Assembly (NCBI GenBank): GCA_964550935.1 | Contig: CAZKBB010000005.1 | Span: forward strand, 1,705-65,704 | DNA: 64,000 nucleotides | Origin: an uncultured Caulobacterales bacterium | GTDB taxonomy: Bacteria > Pseudomonadota > Alphaproteobacteria > Caulobacterales > Maricaulaceae | Direction: 5' to 3' | Shown here: in pieces, positions 1 through 8,890 of the stretch | Layout: every line of letters begins with the position of its first letter | Numbering within the stretch: the stretch's first letter is position 1 | The notes under the pieces: generated by a model | What the model was told of the DNA's origin: nothing | Database searches by the model: none | The model's input: the letters and a program-made list of their open reading frames with translations, nothing else | Program-made: the position numbers and the translations under genes

Positions 1-56
1 CTTACGCCTGCGGAAGACACGCCGTCGCGGCCTCGACGCGAGCCGGAGCCGAACCG

Positions 57-140
57 CTCTCCCCTCTCCCGTCGGCGCGCGGTGTTCTCCACCCCACCCT
101 GACCCTCCCCACGAAGGAGAGGGAGGACGCTTTGACGATG
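57..140. repeat. Polypyrimidine/polypurine hairpin repeat (REP-like, family 2)
   Basis: ccctctcc (62-69) and cctccc (104-109) can each pair with ggagagggagg (116-126). The string ggagagggaggacgcttt resembles gggggagggagggcgctta at 9426-9444. Confidence 0.4.
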
Positions 141-184
141 TGCTTGCAAAAAGCAAAGTCAGGCGAATTTCGGAGCCGCGCAGA

Positions 185-667
185 TCAAGGGCCGCCGAGG
201 CGCAGCCAGCGGGCGATGGCCCAGGCGGCGGCTTCGTGTCGCATGCGCGTCATCGCCTCCACCGGCGACAGCCAGACCAGGGTGTGGTCGGGCTCGCTCG
301 GCGCGCCCGCGGGCCCGGATCGGGTGAGCGAGAAATACGCCGCGCGGTTCATCAACGTACGCCCGCGCGCCTTAACCCAGAAATGATCCGCACGCGCGAA
401 CACGTCGCCGGCCTGAACGCTGAGCCCGGTTTCCTCCGTGAACTCGCGCACGAGCGCCTCGGCCTCGGTTTCGCCCGGCTCCACCGCGCCGCCGGGCAGG
501 TCGAACCATTCCGATCCGGACTGGCGGATACGCACCGCCGCGAGCCGGCCCGCCTCGTCCTGCAGGAGCCCATAGGCGGCCGGGCGCTCGGCGAAGCGGG
601 CCGGATCGCCGTCGGGCGCGCCGAAGCGGGCGCGGTCTGGATGGGGCGCGTAGGGGCGGTCGGTCAT
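185..667 (-). CDS. NUDIX hydrolase
   Basis: Nudix box GGAVEPGETEAEALVREFTEETG. The ATG at 667 (MTDRPY) is preferred over the longer ORF start at 712. Confidence 0.85.
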   Translation of the reverse strand: MTDRPYAPHPDRARFGAPDGDPARFAERPAAYGLLQDEAGRLAAVRIRQSGSEWFDLPGGAVEPGETEAEALVREFTEETGLSVQAGDVFARADHFWVKARGRTLMNRAAYFSLTRSGPAGAPSEPDHTLVWLSPVEAMTRMRHEAAAWAIARWLRLGGP

Positions 668-745
668 GGACGCGGACAGTGGGCGGACGCGCCTCGCAGG
701 GCAACGCCGCATCGCGGCTTTGGCGGCGCGCGCGGCTTCGCCTAT

Positions 746-1162
746 ATGGGGGCCATGACCGATCCAGCGCGCGCCCCCGCCTCGACGAGCCCAACCGCCT
801 CGCCGGACACCGCCCCTCCGACCGAGCCTGCAGCGGGCGTCGACCTCGACGACCTCGCCGCGCGCACGGCCCCTCGGGCCTGCGTCTCCATGGACGAGGT
901 GCGCGACGGGGTCGACCGGCTGGACCGCGCGCTCGTCGCGCTGATCAAGGAGCGGGCGCGTTACATGGAAGCGGCCGCGCGCATCAAGCCGAACCGCGGG
1001 GTCGTGCGCGACGGCGATCGCATCGAGGACGTGGTCTCCAAGGTGCTTGCAAGCGCGCGTGAGGTCGGGCTCAGCGAGGAGATCGCCGAGCCGGTCTGGC
1101 GCGAGCTGATCGAGCGCTCGATCGCTTACGAATTCAAGGTGTGGGACGAGACCCGGGGCTAG
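746..1162 (+). CDS. Chorismate mutase (AroQ type) with a Pro/Ala-rich N-terminal extension
   Basis: C-terminal part of the 140..1162 ORF: SMDEVRDGVDRLDRALVALIKERARYMEAAARIK...VWRELIERSIAYE. The upstream part of that ORF overlaps the NUDIX gene on the other strand. Confidence 0.75.
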   Translation: MGAMTDPARAPASTSPTASPDTAPPTEPAAGVDLDDLAARTAPRACVSMDEVRDGVDRLDRALVALIKERARYMEAAARIKPNRGVVRDGDRIEDVVSKVLASAREVGLSEEIAEPVWRELIERSIAYEFKVWDETRG

Positions 1163-1488
1163 GCCGCGCGCGCCGCGACCATCGCCTCACGCGTCTTGTC
1201 AGCGGCCGCCTTCAACGGCGCCAGCAGGGCCGGGTCCGGCTCAGCGCCCTCCAGCGCGGCCGCCGCTTCGCCCAGCGCGTTCGCCCCGACCCCGCGCGCG
1301 GCGCCTTTCAGCGTATGCGCCGCCGCGCGCCATTCGCCCGCATCGTCCATCGCGGCTTCAAGGCGCGCGATGCAGGCCTCGATCTGAGCGTCCAGAAGCG
1401 CGAACAACTCCGCCTCCAGCGCGGCGTCGCCGGCGGTGTAGCGGTGAAGATGCTCGCGATCGAGGATAGCCGGCGCGTCTGACATCAA
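1159..1488 (-). CDS. Hpt (histidine phosphotransfer) domain protein
   Basis: 109 aa with the phospho-His motif AAAHTLKGAARGVGA. Confidence 0.75.
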   Translation of the reverse strand: MMSDAPAILDREHLHRYTAGDAALEAELFALLDAQIEACIARLEAAMDDAGEWRAAAHTLKGAARGVGANALGEAAAALEGAEPDPALLAPLKAAADKTREAMVAARAA

Positions 1489-1626
1489 AGCCTCGCGAAT
1501 TTGCGCGTTAAGACCACCACTCTAGCGGTCGCGCGTTAACAGGCTTTGAGCGCGCGAACCGCGCCGCCCCTTGCAGAGCCGCGCGATATGCCTATCTCTG
1601 CGCCCTCACGCGGGACGTCCCGCGGC

Positions 1627-1702
<76 letters not shown>

Positions 1703-1764
1703 TTCTAAGTATTTCATGTAAAACATCTTTTAGCGTTCCGTCACATAGAACAAACGCGAACGTA

Positions 1765-1802
1765 TGACTTCGAAACGGCGAAAACGAAGTCACACGTGTG
1801 AC
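1765..1802. promoter_or_regulatory. Overlapping palindromes in an AT-richer spacer downstream of tRNA-Lys
   Basis: TGACTTCG (1765-1772) pairs with CGAAGTCA (1785-1792). A perfect 14-bp palindrome GTCACACGTGTGAC lies at 1789-1802. Function unknown. Confidence 0.3.
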
Positions 1803-1887
1803 GTCTCGTTCACGGCGCGTTCTTGATTGATCCGGATGCGGACGACAACGCGCGCCGGCGTTCGCTACGAGCGCGCGGTCGTCGTTG

Positions 1888-1914
1888 CGAGCCCTGTCGG
1901 GCTCGGTTTTCTTG
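1888..1914 (+). terminator. Putative rho-independent terminator
   Basis: CGAGCCC-tgtc-GGGCTCG followed by GTTTTCTTG. Confidence 0.4.
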
Positions 1915-2022
1915 TCCCCCCTCGCCTCCGCTGGGGTTTTTCTGCGGGGCGCGTTTAAATGATATACCCTTTGCTCTGACGCGCCTGCGCTCCGGGCGCT
2001 GAAGGGGCATGGGGAGACGATC

Positions 2023-3768
2023 ATGATCCGGATCATCGCGGCGGGCTTCGCCGCTTTCGCGCTTGGCGCCTGTGCGAGCTTTGAGCCTGAGCCCGCCTTC
2101 GACCTGCCTGAAGCCGCCACCGGGCGCGCGGAGATCGCCAAGGGCGGGCGCGGCGCCGATTGGGCCGCAGTGGCGGCGAACCCGCACGCGGTGAAGGCCG
2201 CCGCCGACATCCTCGCGGCGGGCGGATCGGCGACCGACGCCGGCATCGCCGCCCAGCTCGTCCTGAACCTGGTGGAGCCGCAATCCTCAGGGCTTGGCGG
2301 GGGCGCCTTCGCGCTCGTTCATGACCCCGCGCGCGGCGAAACCATCGCCTGGGACGGGCGCGAGACCGCGCCGGCCGGCGCCGAGCCGGACATGTTCCTG
2401 ACCGCCGACGGCGAGCCGGAGAATTCTGTTGCGGCCGCGGTTGGCGGACGCTCGATCGCGACGCCCTCCCTCGCCCGGCTCCTCGGCGACATGCATGCGC
2501 GCCACGGCCGCCTGGACTGGGCGGCGCTGTTTCAGCCCGCCATTGCGCTCGCCGAAGAGGGTTTCGCCGTCTCACCGCGCCTGCACCGCCTGATCGCGTT
2601 CGATCAGGAGCGGCTCGCCAGCCGTGAGGCGGCGGCAGCCTATCTGCTCACCCCCGAGGGCGAGCCGAAGCCGGTGGACGCGGTCATCACGAACCCCGCG
2701 TTCGCCGCGGTGCTGCGCACCCTCGCCGAGGACGGGCCGGATGCGTTCTACGAGGGCGACATCCCCGCCGACATCGTCGCCGCGGCGTCCTCCGATCCCA
2801 AGCCCGGCGCGCTGCGCCTGTCGGACTTCTCCGCTTACGAGACGGTGATGCGCGAGCCTGTCTGCGGGGCCTATCGCGACCGCACGGTGTGCGGCATGGG
2901 TCCGCCGAGCTCGGCGGCGACCACGACCATCGCCGCGCTGAAACTGCTCGAACGCCACGACTTGTCCGCCATGGCGCCGCTGACCCCGGCTTTCGAGCAT
3001 CTCTTCGTGGAGGCGCTGAATGTCGCCTACGCCGACCGCAACGCATACATCGCCGACCCGGCCTTCTACGACCCGCCCGTGGCGGGCCTGATTGAGGAGG
3101 GCTATCTCGACACCCGCGCCGCGCTGATCGACCCGGATGCGGCGGGCGGAGTGTATGAGGCGGGCGCGCCGCCCGGCTCAGAGCGCGCCGGCGAGAACGC
3201 CTCAGGCGAACAGCCGGGCACCACGCATATCTCGGTGGTGGACGCGGACGGTCAGGTCTTCTCCATGACCTCGACCATCATGGCCGCCTTCGGCTCCCGG
3301 GTGATGGCGCGCGGCATGTTCCTCAACAACGAGATGACGAACTTCTCCTTCCTCGCCGAGGACGAGGACGGGCCGGTGGCCAACCGGATCGAGCCGGGCA
3401 AGCGCCCGCTTTCGGCCATGGCGCCCACGATCGTGTTCGGACCGGACGGCGCGCCGGAACTCGTGCTCGGCTCGCCAGGCGGACCGGCCATCATCGCCTA
3501 CGTGACCCGCGCCATCGTGGCCATGGTCGATTTCGGGCTGAGCCCGGACGAGGCCGCCGCCCTGCCCCACGTGCTCGGCGCCAATCTGGGCGCAGCCTTC
3601 CTGGAGGCGGAGACAGAGGCCGCCGCGCTGGAGCCGGCGCTGGCCGAGATGGGCCATCGCGTTATCGTGCGCGACCTCAATAGCGGGCTGCATATCCTGC
3701 GCCTCGGGCCGGACGGGCTGGAAGGCGGCGCCGACCCGAGACGCGAGGGCGCGGTCGTCGCGAACTAG
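2023..3768 (+). CDS. ggt: Gamma-glutamyltransferase (lipoprotein signal LGAC)
   Basis: 581 aa. Contains the autoprocessing and nucleophile region GTTHISVVDADGQVFSMTSTI, plus SGLGGG and GSPGGPAII motifs. Confidence 0.9.
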   Translation: MIRIIAAGFAAFALGACASFEPEPAFDLPEAATGRAEIAKGGRGADWAAVAANPHAVKAAADILAAGGSATDAGIAAQLVLNLVEPQSSGLGGGAFALVHDPARGETIAWDGRETAPAGAEPDMFLTADGEPENSVAAAVGGRSIATPSLARLLGDMHARHGRLDWAALFQPAIALAEEGFAVSPRLHRLIAFDQERLASREAAAAYLLTPEGEPKPVDAVITNPAFAAVLRTLAEDGPDAFYEGDIPADIVAAASSDPKPGALRLSDFSAYETVMREPVCGAYRDRTVCGMGPPSSAATTTIAALKLLERHDLSAMAPLTPAFEHLFVEALNVAYADRNAYIADPAFYDPPVAGLIEEGYLDTRAALIDPDAAGGVYEAGAPPGSERAGENASGEQPGTTHISVVDADGQVFSMTSTIMAAFGSRVMARGMFLNNEMTNFSFLAEDEDGPVANRIEPGKRPLSAMAPTIVFGPDGAPELVLGSPGGPAIIAYVTRAIVAMVDFGLSPDEAAALPHVLGANLGAAFLEAETEAAALEPALAEMGHRVIVRDLNSGLHILRLGPDGLEGGADPRREGAVVAN

Positions 3769-4746
3769 GCCGGATCGCGGGCCACGCGGAAGCCGATATC
3801 GGGATAGCGAAACTCGCCGGGATACCGGTAGCGGATCGTATAGCGCTGATGGTGCGGGAAATAGCCGTAGGGCGAGCCGCGAAGCACGCGCCGCTCGCAC
3901 CCGGCCGTCTCGCGCGCGGACAGATCCAGGCCGTCCGCAATCGCGGAATAGTCCTCCTCGAAGCAGTCCGCGGTCCACTCGCGCACATTGCCGATCGCGT
4001 CGGCGAACCCCCAGGGGTTGGCGCCGAACGCGCCCACGGGCGAGGTCGCCGCGTAGCCGTCATTGCAGGCCAGCACCGCGTCAGAGCTCACCTCACGGCC
4101 ATCGGCGCGCCGCCTCGGCGAGGCTCTGGTCCGGCCCGTTGGCGTGCTCGCACGCCTCAGGCCCGCCCGCCCAGTCCGGCGCAAGCGCGTCCGCGCCGGC
4201 GCGCGCGGCGTATTCCCACTCCGCCTCGCTGACCAGGCGATAGGGCGCGTCGGTGGTCTCGGCGAGCCAGTCGGCGTAAGCCGACGCGTCCGCGAAGGTC
4301 AGGCACACCGCCGGATGATCTGGTCCTTGAGGAAAGCCGGGGCTCGACCAGTCGCGATCTTCGAACGCCGCGAAGCGCCCGGTTTCAGCATCAAAGCCCA
4401 GACAGCCCGCGCCCGACGCGTAGCCGCTCGCCTCGACAAAGGCGGCGTATTGCGCGCGCGTGACCGGCCCGGCCGAGATCGCGAAAGCGCGTTCGGCGAC
4501 GCGTCGATGCTGCGGACGCTCGCGCGCGCCCCAGCGATCATCGGGCTCAGCCTCGCCCGGCGCGCCCATCTGGAACGCGCCCGCCGGGGCGGTCACCATG
4601 GCCGGACAAACCTCGCAATCGGGAATCTGGTCAGGCGTTTCAGCCAAACCGGGGGCGCTGATCGCCCCGGCCGCGAGCGCAGCGACGCCCGCCAGGGCGA
4701 AGGCGCGGTGATGTGTGACGTGTCCCATGCCCGACCACAGTAGCAC
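3765..4746 (-). pseudogene. FGE-sulfatase (SUMF1/EgtB/PvdO) family protein, apparently frameshifted
   Basis: N-terminal half in ORF 4093..4746 (signal peptide, CEVCPAMV, YRLVSEAEWEYAARAG). C-terminal half in ORF 3765..4184 in another frame (ACNDGYAATSPVGAFGANPWGFADAIGNVREW...RVLRGSPY). The frames meet in the GC run ggcggcgcgcc near 4095-4110. Confidence 0.75.
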
Positions 4747-4795
4747 GGCTTCAGCCGCTCTGGCGCGGGCGCGCGTCGCGGGTTAGACGAGGGTC

Positions 4796-4975
4796 ATGTT
4801 CGAAACCGGTTTTCTCTGGTCCGACGCGGTCGGGCTTGCCGGCGTGGCCTGCGTGATCGGGGCCTATGCGCTGTTGCAGCTGGAGGCCGTCACCGGCGAC
4901 AGCCTGCGCTATCTGGGGCTCAATCTCGCCGGGGCTGACCGAGCTATCGGCCGAGGGCGTCTTGGGTCTGTGTGA
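4796..4975 (+). pseudogene. Truncated small membrane protein (CBU_0592-like N-terminus)
   Basis: MFETGFLWSDAVGLAGVACVIGAYALLQLEAVTGDSLRYLGLNLAGA, then an unrelated tail DRAIGRGRLGSV*. The break coincides with the onset of low-GC DNA near 4937. Confidence 0.5.
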
Positions 4976-5468
4976 TCAGCCAGTCGATCGCGGGCGCCCG
5001 TGCCATGATCTCAAGGAACAAGAACCCTGCTACTACGAGAACAGCCCCACCCGAGAGCCATGACATGATCCGGATCAAAAAGAGAAAGCGCCGCTCGTCG
5101 CGGGCTCCGGCATCTTGAAACTGCTCGAAACGATCGGTGAGGCGCACGGTGTCTGAAAGGCCGATTTGCGATTCGAGGACTTTAGCGATCTCGACCCCAC
5201 TCTTGATGAAATTGTCAAACAACTTGACCTTCTCGGAGTAATATTCTATGCACAAAAGCGATGCGGTGGCGAGTATAAGCGCTGACACCAGACCAACAAC
5301 CGGGTCTAGCTGATTGCGGGATGTGTACGCGACCACCGTAAGCGATAGACCGAGAAATGCGCCTGACGTCGTGAGGCTGGCTCCAGCCGCGCGCAATTGA
5401 AGACTGTCCGCGTTCTGAATGGTTGTACGGACGGCCGAATAATATTGAAGTAACTCCGACTTTTCCAT
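4944..5468 (-). CDS. Hypothetical multi-TM protein in a low-GC islet
   Basis: 174 aa with 3-4 hydrophobic helices and an SD-like GGGGAG upstream of the ATG. Hand counts of two 100-nt stretches gave 44 and 59 G+C, against 70 in the flank 5561-5660. I recognise no family. Confidence 0.6.
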   Translation of the reverse strand: MEKSELLQYYSAVRTTIQNADSLQLRAAGASLTTSGAFLGLSLTVVAYTSRNQLDPVVGLVSALILATASLLCIEYYSEKVKLFDNFIKSGVEIAKVLESQIGLSDTVRLTDRFEQFQDAGARDERRFLFLIRIMSWLSGGAVLVVAGFLFLEIMARAPAIDWLITQTQDALGR

Positions 5469-5501
5469 CCGCTCCCCCCGCGCTGGCCTCCGCAGATTAG
5501 A

Positions 5502-5524
5502 GTCTTGAAACGCCTGGTCAAGAC
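5502..5524. promoter_or_regulatory. Inverted repeat upstream of the low-GC ORF
   Basis: GTCTTGA-N9-TCAAGAC, about 35-55 nt upstream of the minus-strand start at 5468. Confidence 0.3.
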
Positions 5525-5593
5525 GCTGATCAAGCGCCGGAACGCCGCCCCGCGCGCTTGACCGCGCCGCCGGCGCGCGGTGACATCGCGGCC

Positions 5594-6055
5594 ATGACCC
5601 TGCTTGATCAATACGCCGCCCGGCTGGGCGAGACCCGCACCTCGGACTGGTTCGAAGTCACCCAGGCGCAGGTGAACGCCTTCGCCGACGCAACCCACGA
5701 CCACCAGTTCATCCATGTCGATCCCGAGCGCGCCAAGGCCGAAACGCCCTTCGGAGGGCCGATCGCGCACGGCTTTTTGACCCTCTCGATGCTGTCCCAC
5801 TTCGCCGAACAGACCCTGCCGGATTTTCCCGACAAGGCGATCGGGATCAATTACGGCTTCGAGAAAGTGCGTTTCTTAAGCCCGGTGCCGGTGGGCGCGC
5901 GCATCCGCGGCGTGTTCACGCTGGCCAAGGCCGAAGAGCGCAAGCCCGGCCAGATCCAGCTGGTCAATCAGTGCCAGGTGGAGATCGAGGGCTCAGACGC
6001 GCCGGCGCTTGCGGCTGAGTGGCTGAGCCTGGTGATCAGCGAAGCGGCCGCTTAA
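5594..6055 (+). CDS. MaoC-family (hotdog) dehydratase
   Basis: FEVTQAQVNAFADATHDHQFIHVDPERAKAETPFGGPIAHGFLTLS. Confidence 0.85.
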   Translation: MTLLDQYAARLGETRTSDWFEVTQAQVNAFADATHDHQFIHVDPERAKAETPFGGPIAHGFLTLSMLSHFAEQTLPDFPDKAIGINYGFEKVRFLSPVPVGARIRGVFTLAKAEERKPGQIQLVNQCQVEIEGSDAPALAAEWLSLVISEAAA

Positions 6056-6059
6056 GCCC

Positions 6060-8030
6060 CTACTCCTCGCCCCGGCTCCAAAGCTCTGAGCGGAAATAAG
6101 GCTGCGGGCGCTGGGCGCGCACCTCGAATACGATCGTGTCCTGATAGGTCCGCCCGTTGCGGTCGGCCGAGGTGATCGTGGCGGTGTGAACGCCTTCGGA
6201 GAGGTCCTCGGGCAGGCGTGCGCGCCAAAGGTGCATATTGCGGTCGGCGAGCGCGCGCTGGGGCTGCGGCGCGCCCGGGCCGAAGCGGGCGCCCTGGAAC
6301 AGCTCGACGCCCTGCGCGCGCGCGTCGCCTGAGGTGCTCTGCAGCGCATAACGCGCCACCGAGAGCTGGCGCTGCGCGGCGAAGGGATCGGCCCACTGCG
6401 CGCCGATCTTGGGCGCTTCGCCCTCGCCGTCCTGGGTGCGCGCCAGATCAAGCCTGGTCCCGTCCGACAGCATGGCCTCGACCGTGGTCTCGGCCGAGCC
6501 CGCCCACACGTTGGCGGTGAGCCAGACCCCACCGGCGAGGTCTTCAGGGGTGAGAATGCCGGTGTCAGGCAGATCGTTGATGGAGGCCGGCGGCAGCGTG
6601 TCGCGGGTTTCGCGATCGCTCATCGCCCAGGCGAGGATCGCGTCATACCAGTCGCGGAAGGCCGGCGTGTTCAGCCCGATCCACTGGCCGCGCGTCGGAT
6701 CGACACGCTGGCCCACATAGCGCTCGGCGTACGCCGTCCCCTCCACCGCGAGATGGATATAGCCGCTCGGCGCGCCCATGCGCTGGAGCGTCATCGGGTT
6801 GCCGTCGATGTTGAAGTCGCCCTGGAACCAGGCGCCCGAGGCTGCACCCGCGATGATGTGACGGAAAGGCAGCGGCTCTGTTCCGGTGTTCGCGCTCCAG
6901 CCCTCGAAGATCTGCCCCGGGGCGTGGTTCTCGATCGTGTGCGTGTGCCCGGACAGCGACAACGCCTCGCGGCCCTGCACAAGCGCGTGGATGCGGTCCA
7001 GATCGTCGGTCTGGTGCTTGTTCGAGCCGGCGTCGACGAAGCTGACGAACGGGATGTGGTGGGCCAGCACGATCAGCCGGTCCTGCGGCGTCTCCTCGAT
7101 CAGGCCCTCCAGCCACTGGAACTGGGTCTCGGTGAGCCGGCCGTTATAGGTCGCGCGCTCGCCCTCGGCGCAGAACTCATGGCCGGTTGCGGCGTCTTCG
7201 GGCCCGCACGGATAGATCACGTTGTCGAGCACGACGACGCGCGCCCGGCCGATGTCGAAAGCGTAGTAGTTCGGCCCGTAGAGGCGCCGCCAGCTGTCGG
7301 CGGAGTCCGCGTCTGAGCGCGCGTCGAAGTCGAAGTCGTGATTGCCGTGGACGAGCCATTGCGGCGCGCCGGCCGCCGCGCCGATCTCAAGCACGCGGTC
7401 GAGCAGGTCCAGATCGTCCCCGACCACGTCGCCCACGTAGAGAAGGCAGTCGATCGCCTCGCGGTCGCGCACCAGGTCGGTCACCACGCCGTCGCGCAGC
7501 CAGCTGATCTCCTGGTTCGAATAGGTCTGGCTGTCGCCCACGATCGCGCAGGCGAACGCCTCGCCCGGCGCGCCCTCGCGCGTCAGCGGGAAGTGGACCT
7601 CGCCCGGCGCCGGGCCGGTGTCCGGCAAGCCGCCATAGCGCATCTCATAGCCGGTGCCGCCGGCCTTGTGGGTGTAGGAGAATTGCGGGACCAGACGCGC
7701 ATCGGTCGGAACGCGCCAGCCGGACGGCTGGAGGATGGTGAGGTCGAAATCCTCGCGCACGGCGATTTCGTAGCGGCCGTTCTCATCGGTGCGCGTCCAG
7801 TCGAGTCCGTTGGAGACCAGTACTCCGGCGACGCCCTGCTCACCGTCGGAGCGCGCCCCGTCGCGGTTTTCGTCGTCGAACACCACGCCGGTGATAGCCT
7901 CGCCCCCGGAGCCGACGCCCGCCACGATCGGCGCGGCGATATACGCCTCAGGCGCAAGATCGGTCTGAGAGAGGGCGGGCGCGGCGGCAAGCACGGCGGC
8001 GGAGGCGGCGAAGAGCAGACGAAGCGACAT
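6060..8030 (-). CDS. Secreted calcineurin-like metallophosphoesterase with an N-terminal SdrD/Cna-B-like domain
   Basis: Signal peptide, then GVVFDDENRDG...NGRYEI. Also GDSQ, GDVVGD, GNHDFD and GHTH phosphoesterase motifs. Confidence 0.8.
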   Translation of the reverse strand: MSLRLLFAASAAVLAAAPALSQTDLAPEAYIAAPIVAGVGSGGEAITGVVFDDENRDGARSDGEQGVAGVLVSNGLDWTRTDENGRYEIAVREDFDLTILQPSGWRVPTDARLVPQFSYTHKAGGTGYEMRYGGLPDTGPAPGEVHFPLTREGAPGEAFACAIVGDSQTYSNQEISWLRDGVVTDLVRDREAIDCLLYVGDVVGDDLDLLDRVLEIGAAAGAPQWLVHGNHDFDFDARSDADSADSWRRLYGPNYYAFDIGRARVVVLDNVIYPCGPEDAATGHEFCAEGERATYNGRLTETQFQWLEGLIEETPQDRLIVLAHHIPFVSFVDAGSNKHQTDDLDRIHALVQGREALSLSGHTHTIENHAPGQIFEGWSANTGTEPLPFRHIIAGAASGAWFQGDFNIDGNPMTLQRMGAPSGYIHLAVEGTAYAERYVGQRVDPTRGQWIGLNTPAFRDWYDAILAWAMSDRETRDTLPPASINDLPDTGILTPEDLAGGVWLTANVWAGSAETTVEAMLSDGTRLDLARTQDGEGEAPKIGAQWADPFAAQRQLSVARYALQSTSGDARAQGVELFQGARFGPGAPQPQRALADRNMHLWRARLPEDLSEGVHTATITSADRNGRTYQDTIVFEVRAQRPQPYFRSELWSRGEE

Positions 8031-8122
8031 GGAAGACCTGTCAGTGAGCGTTAAACCGCTTAAGCGTTAGCAAGGCTCCATGACGGGTCTGTGACGCTCT
8101 GACGCCAAAGGCCGCCGGCGCG

Positions 8123-8836
8123 TCAGGCCTTAACGCGGTCGCCCGCCTCGACCGGCTCGCCGGTTCGGATCGCATCGGCGAAGCGATGGTTCACGTCGCG
8201 GTGTCCGGCCTCGTCCTCGCGCACCTTGATCACGACGTCGCGCAAGGTGGCCGTGACCGGCAGGTCCCAGTATTCCCGAGCGATCTGGGGCGCGGGCACG
8301 TTCTCCATCTCCCCTGCGTCGATCGCCTCGAGGTAGTGCGTGTAGCTGACCACCGCCTCCTCCTCGAGATAGGCGACGAAGCGGTGCGCCACGCGCGGCG
8401 CGAGCAGATAGAGCCCGAAATAGGCGTGATAGAAGATGCCCTGCGCCAAGACGATGAGCCCGCGCTCCAGCGCACTCGGCTGAGCGATCTTGATAAAGGT
8501 CATCAAGTGCATGCGCTCATTGTCCGCTTCGTCGAGCAGCTCGCGGATCCAGCCCTGATCGTCGCGGATGTGGCGCAGCGCCTTGAGGTGCTGCAACAAC
8601 CCGCCGACCATGCCCGGCACGGCCGCGACCGTCTCGAGCACGACCGCGCGGTGGCCGTAGCGCTTCCTGAAGAACAGATCGGCGAACACCCGCATGAACT
8701 TCACCATGCGCAAGGCTAGCCGGTCGCGGAAGCCTTCAGGGTTGCGGCGCGCGGTCAAGGCGTCGGCGGTGAGGGCGTCAGGGTTGCGGGCGGTCACGGG
8801 ACACTCTCCAGTGCATATCATTCGACTGGACCGCAT
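8123..8836 (-). CDS. Alternative oxidase (di-iron ubiquinol oxidase)
   Basis: Di-iron helix motifs LETVAAVPGM, NERMHLMTF, LEEEAVVSYTHYL and RDDEAGHRDVNH. Start uncertain: TTG 8875, ATG 8836, or GTG near 8797 with SD GGAGAG. Confidence 0.85.
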   Translation of the reverse strand: MRSSRMICTGECPVTARNPDALTADALTARRNPEGFRDRLALRMVKFMRVFADLFFRKRYGHRAVVLETVAAVPGMVGGLLQHLKALRHIRDDQGWIRELLDEADNERMHLMTFIKIAQPSALERGLIVLAQGIFYHAYFGLYLLAPRVAHRFVAYLEEEAVVSYTHYLEAIDAGEMENVPAPQIAREYWDLPVTATLRDVVIKVREDEAGHRDVNHRFADAIRTGEPVEAGDRVKA

Positions 8837-8890
8837 GTGGGGGCCGGCCCGGCCGGGACAATAAAACCGGATCAAATGCCGCAGGCGGGC

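Noticed and set aside
140-745. N-terminal 200 aa of the 340-aa ORF containing chorismate mutase
   Set aside because: It overlaps the NUDIX gene on the opposite strand and is Arg/Gly-rich. The chorismate mutase domain begins after the internal ATG at 746.
1159-1162. Convergent genes sharing a CTAG stop/stop overlap, here and again at 51311-51314
   Set aside because: TAG read on both strands gives CTAG trivially. Two occurrences in a tightly packed genome are most likely coincidence.
1703-5560. Genomic island integrated at tRNA-Lys
   Set aside because: I found no integrase, no repeat of the tRNA 3' end and no mobility genes. Only the 0.6-kb segment at 4940-5530 is compositionally foreign. I kept it as a decaying variable region rather than calling it an island.
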